A DNA stretch of 64,000 bases from Rickettsiales bacterium (GTDB lineage: Bacteria; Pseudomonadota; Alphaproteobacteria; Rickettsiales; UBA6187), in the NCBI GenBank assembly GCA_028223895.1, contig JAOIVE010000004.1, forward strand, positions 380 to 64,379, read 5' to 3'. The position numbers and the translations under genes are program-made. Of this stretch, positions 59,606-64,000 are shown in pieces (position 1 is the first letter of the stretch; each line of letters starts with the position of its first letter). The notes below the pieces were generated by a model. The model was not told the origin of the DNA and did no database searches. It saw only the letters and a program-made list of their open reading frames with translations.

Positions 59606-61027
59606 ATGTCAAAAATTACGCTGCAAAAGTCAAAAAAACAAGAACTCAAACCTTCTCTTCCAAAAGAAATATGTATTACAGCATCCGAAAGCCATATACT
59701 AAATACAGATACAAAAGGGGCTAAGGCTAAACAAATTTATATTTTAAATGGCGACTCACATCATATAAAAGGAGGCAGTAAATCTTCCTTTGTTAAAAAT
59801 ACTCATAGCAACGAATGGACTGCTCTAGAAATTTTAGCGGCAAAATTTGCATCTCTAACTGGAATTACTGTTCCAGAAACATTATTTGGAGAATATTTTG
59901 AACGTAGCAATGAAACACTTAAAAAAGCAACATTAAATCGTAAAGACAAAGAAAAAACATCCCACCCATTCTTTGTAAATTCTAAAAGATTAAAAGGATA
60001 TAGAGATATATCAACCCTAATAGATTACATAGATCAAGCAAAAGAAATAATCTTTGAAGAATCTGAAAAAAAAGCAGAATTTGTTGAAAAATACAAAGCA
60101 CATAAAAAGTTCGTAAATAGTGATAATAAAAACATGAACCCTGCAGAAAGAAAAATGATCAACCGGGACAACTTGACAGAATTATTTTTAATGCTCCCGA
60201 CAGAATTTACTGATCAATTTGATAGGCTACATGCTATTTCAATCTGGCTAGGAAATTGGGATTTGCTTAATTTTGATCTGGAAAATTGCGGTGTAACTAT
60301 TATGCATTTTAATAATCATATAGAAATAGAGGCAGCAATGGTTGATTTTGGTAATTGCTTATTTGCCGGCTTTGGTGGAAAACATAAGTCAGATAGCTTC
60401 CAAAGTGCTAATCGTGAAGCAAAAATTCCCGCAACACACCCAAACTCCTTTGATCCAAGAATATTGGCTATGCCAGATATTTCAATATCATATTATGATG
60501 ATGAGACAGAAAGCTTAATAGAGGATGACTTTGAAGAAACTTCAAAAAACAATAAAGGAGACATACCAAAAGAGGTGGCAAAATTCTCTAAAGAATGTGA
60601 AATGATCGGCTCTGGAACAATGCCTCGACGCCTGCCATTTGAAAAATTAATAGAAAAAAATTCCCAACAAATGGATATAATGGAAAGCGGAGATGCTAGC
60701 TTTTCCAAAGGCTTTATGTATGGCATATATAGCATTGCCTGCATTTCTGATGAAGCAATTGAAGGAACTACAAAAAAATGGTTTAAACTTAGCAAAGATG
60801 GGCCGGTTAATTTTTGCTATGACCGTGAATATACAGCAGAAGATATTATAGACATAATGAAATCACGCCGCGACCACTTACAAGATTTATTTTCAGCATA
60901 TATTGATAAATATAAACAAGAAAACCCAGAAGATGCAAAACATATAGAGCAGCAAGCAAATATGGACAAATTCACCGCAAAAGGCATATTACGCTTTGAA
61001 AGTTGCGGAAAAATAAGAAGCGCCTAA
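59606..61027 (+). CDS. Orphan protein with PI3/4-kinase-like or protein-kinase-like catalytic motifs (candidate secreted effector)
   Basis: LHAISIWLGNWDLLNFDLENCGV resembles a kinase catalytic loop (the G.DRH..N / NTDRGNDNW type), and AAMVDFGNCLFAGFGG resembles a DFG/activation segment. An upstream Lys-containing strand (HHIKGG) is present. No signal peptide; the tail is low-complexity and acidic. Confidence 0.4.
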   Translation: MSKITLQKSKKQELKPSLPKEICITASESHILNTDTKGAKAKQIYILNGDSHHIKGGSKSSFVKNTHSNEWTALEILAAKFASLTGITVPETLFGEYFERSNETLKKATLNRKDKEKTSHPFFVNSKRLKGYRDISTLIDYIDQAKEIIFEESEKKAEFVEKYKAHKKFVNSDNKNMNPAERKMINRDNLTELFLMLPTEFTDQFDRLHAISIWLGNWDLLNFDLENCGVTIMHFNNHIEIEAAMVDFGNCLFAGFGGKHKSDSFQSANREAKIPATHPNSFDPRILAMPDISISYYDDETESLIEDDFEETSKNNKGDIPKEVAKFSKECEMIGSGTMPRRLPFEKLIEKNSQQMDIMESGDASFSKGFMYGIYSIACISDEAIEGTTKKWFKLSKDGPVNFCYDREYTAEDIIDIMKSRRDHLQDLFSAYIDKYKQENPEDAKHIEQQANMDKFTAKGILRFESCGKIRSA

Positions 61028-61030
61028 AAT

Positions 61031-61846
61031 CTAACCAAAAATACTCTGCCAGAAAAAATCATAAGTTTCAGGATATATAACCGCCAGCAATAAATAAGCT
61101 GACATTATAACTCCCAATCGTAAAGAACGGCGATGAATAATATTCCATAATATTATTGTAAAACCTGCAATAGCCAGATAAATGATAAAATATTCAAATT
61201 TTATCCATACACCAACTACTGCCAAAAACTTTACATAATCAAAATATGGCCCCTTAAACCTGTCTTCCTGCTGCCAGACAGTATAATCAATTGCAATATC
61301 GCGCTGACCTTTTGCTGAAAAATATATATAGCGGATAAATACTCCGGCCAAACCTCCGACTATAGCGCCATATAGCGCCCAATAAAATGTTCCATCGACA
61401 AATGTCCTATAAACCGCACCTATCAGAAGAAGCGATATTAAAATTTTTGCTGGAATCTTCTTATGCTCAGCCTCAATAACACCCAGCATAACCGCCCCTA
61501 CAATTAGGCCAGTTACCAACACAAACTCATCACCAAAGCCATATTTTAAGTAATAAAGCATAAATAATGTAGTGATCGCAATTTCAGTGACAAAATAGCT
61601 GTAATTACACTCATATTTACCACCACAATAACGACATTTACCTCTTAACAAAAAGAACGATAATATCGCAAAATAATCTATTATATTTAATGTATGCTTG
61701 CACATAAAACAGCGCGGACGATCGCCAATCCACGGCATATCACGAGGAAGCCTGTATATTGCAGTAGTTGCAAAACCTCCCCAGCCAAGCCCCATAATAA
61801 GAACAATTATTATACCAAATATAAAATCTACCTCTGATGCCGGCAT
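61031..61846 (-). CDS. Divergent prepilin peptidase-like (A24 family) membrane protein
   Basis: N-terminal zinc-ribbon pattern RPRCFMCKHTLNIIDYFAILSFFLLRGKCRYCGG as in PilD. Polytopic. IEAEHKKIP occupies the position of the PilD IDxDxxxLPD motif. FDYVKFLAVVGVW occupies the position of GxGDxKLLAxLGAW. Confidence 0.6.
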   Translation of the reverse strand: MPASEVDFIFGIIIVLIMGLGWGGFATTAIYRLPRDMPWIGDRPRCFMCKHTLNIIDYFAILSFFLLRGKCRYCGGKYECNYSYFVTEIAITTLFMLYYLKYGFGDEFVLVTGLIVGAVMLGVIEAEHKKIPAKILISLLLIGAVYRTFVDGTFYWALYGAIVGGLAGVFIRYIYFSAKGQRDIAIDYTVWQQEDRFKGPYFDYVKFLAVVGVWIKFEYFIIYLAIAGFTIILWNIIHRRSLRLGVIMSAYLLLAVIYPETYDFFWQSIFG

Positions 61847-61859
61847 ATTTTACAAACCT

Positions 61860-62150
61860 CTAACTTTGATGACGCGAAAGCGTAAATAAAAAACGATCCA
61901 AACTAGTCTCACCATGGCCAAATTTCTGACTATATTCCCAGGCATCCTCCCAGGAAACAAATCCTGCGCGGGAAAATGCTTTTGGCAAAATATCGTCATT
62001 CTCTGCAATAAACAAATCCTGCTCTTTAGATTGAGTAGTTTCCTTAACACTCATGCAATTTACAAGAGAGCCATCTTTCATCACAGACCTATAAGCATTT
62101 CTATATTTATCATTCATTTCTTTAAGGAAAATCGATACTGCAGCAGGCAT
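61860..62150 (-). CDS. Hypothetical protein (96 aa) immediately upstream of the peptidase-like gene
   Basis: ORF on the same strand as its neighbours, with no motif recognised. A competing + strand ORF (61914-62162) looks less protein-like. Confidence 0.3.
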   Translation of the reverse strand: MPAAVSIFLKEMNDKYRNAYRSVMKDGSLVNCMSVKETTQSKEQDLFIAENDDILPKAFSRAGFVSWEDAWEYSQKFGHGETSLDRFLFTLSRHQS

Positions 62151-62301
62151 AGCACCCCTTAACTATATTTAGTTATATTAAAACTTAAGAGGGACTATAC
62201 TGAGGATAATGCAAACAGCAATTGCTTTTTGGACGATTAATTTCGCCTGACAAAAAAGTAGCTTAATTTCAATAACATAGTAATGAAAAAAATTATTTGC
62301 C

Positions 62302-62709
62302 TTAATGGCTAGTTTTTACGCAATTTAACAAAGCCTGAGATATTTCCAGCTCTTCTTTGGCTTTGTTATTATCTTTGTCTTTAGATTTTTCAACAGCCTT
62401 TAAAGCACTATCAAACCTTGCTTGCGCAACTTTCTCAGAAATATCAGCAATATCTATTGCTTCTTTAGCAAGAACAGTGCAACGCTCTTTTGTGACCTCT
62501 ACAAAACCACCAGAAACAAATATGGATCTATTTTTAGAAGCGCTTTCTTCAATGATAACCAAACCCGGGCGCAACAATGAAATTAATGGCGCATGATCTG
62601 GCAATACACCGAAATCTCCCTCTATACCAGGAACTTCTACAAAGCCCACCTCAGAAGAAAAAAACAATTTTTCAGGAGTTACAAGCTCTACATTTACATG
62701 ACCAGACAT
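62302..62709 (-). CDS. atpC: F0F1 ATP synthase subunit epsilon
   Basis: VELVTPEKLFFSSEV..VEVPGIEGDFGVLPDHAPLISLLRPG. Confidence 0.9.
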   Translation of the reverse strand: MSGHVNVELVTPEKLFFSSEVGFVEVPGIEGDFGVLPDHAPLISLLRPGLVIIEESASKNRSIFVSGGFVEVTKERCTVLAKEAIDIADISEKVAQARFDSALKAVEKSKDKDNNKAKEELEISQALLNCVKTSH

Positions 62710-62793
62710 ATTTATTCTCTATTATAGTTCCAGTTGCATTAGATAAAATTCTCGCCATATCAAATTTTTAATATGACGAGAATTAAAAAATAA

Positions 62794-64000
<1,207 letters not shown>

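Overview
AT-rich alphaproteobacterial chromosome segment. The assignment rests on gene order and content (mnmE-mnmG-rsmG-parA-parB, gatCAB, alpha-type AddB, rpiB-glyA-nrdR-ribD, large NAD-glutamate dehydrogenase). The ankyrin, Fic and kinase-like ORFs suggest a protist- or amoeba-associated Rickettsiales/Holosporales-like lineage, but that is inference only. Most of the window is densely packed housekeeping genes: a cheA(partial)-W-Y-B-R chemotaxis cluster, fumC, infA, rpmI-rplT, pheST, lepA, thiSG, aroQ, lipB, ruvX and atpDC. Five parts stand out. (1) 5.2-11.1 kb holds two tandem giant ORFs with type IV prepilin signals fused to LamG/ConA-like lectin modules, four in the 1335-aa protein with two recently duplicated. 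No pilus machinery lies nearby, but a divergent orphan prepilin-peptidase-like gene sits at 61 kb. (2) 50.1-53.9 kb is a small accessory islet beside tRNA-Leu(GAG). It contains a truncated VOC pseudogene, a Gly/Ala-rich ORF, a possibly split ankyrin protein with a Cys-rich CCxxx tail, and a class-II Fic AMPylase. The Fic gene is preceded by a duplicated 32-bp palindromic operator-like repeat and bracketed by a 15-bp direct repeat that touches the tRNA 3' end. (3) 59.6-61.0 kb encodes a PI3/4-kinase-like or protein-kinase-like orphan ORF, a candidate effector. (4) Envelope glycolipid remodelling genes (PAP2 + ArnT-like GT39, and ArnC-like GT2 + a GT-C-like membrane protein) are split around thiSG/aroQ. 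(5) There are short sequence families: REP-like GC-rich hairpins in two spacers, and an exact 19-nt repeat containing a 16-bp perfect palindrome on both sides of mnmG. I found no CRISPR array, transposase, integrase, reverse transcriptase or rRNA. All calls come from reading the sequence and the ORF translations; no searches were run, and start codons are inferred.
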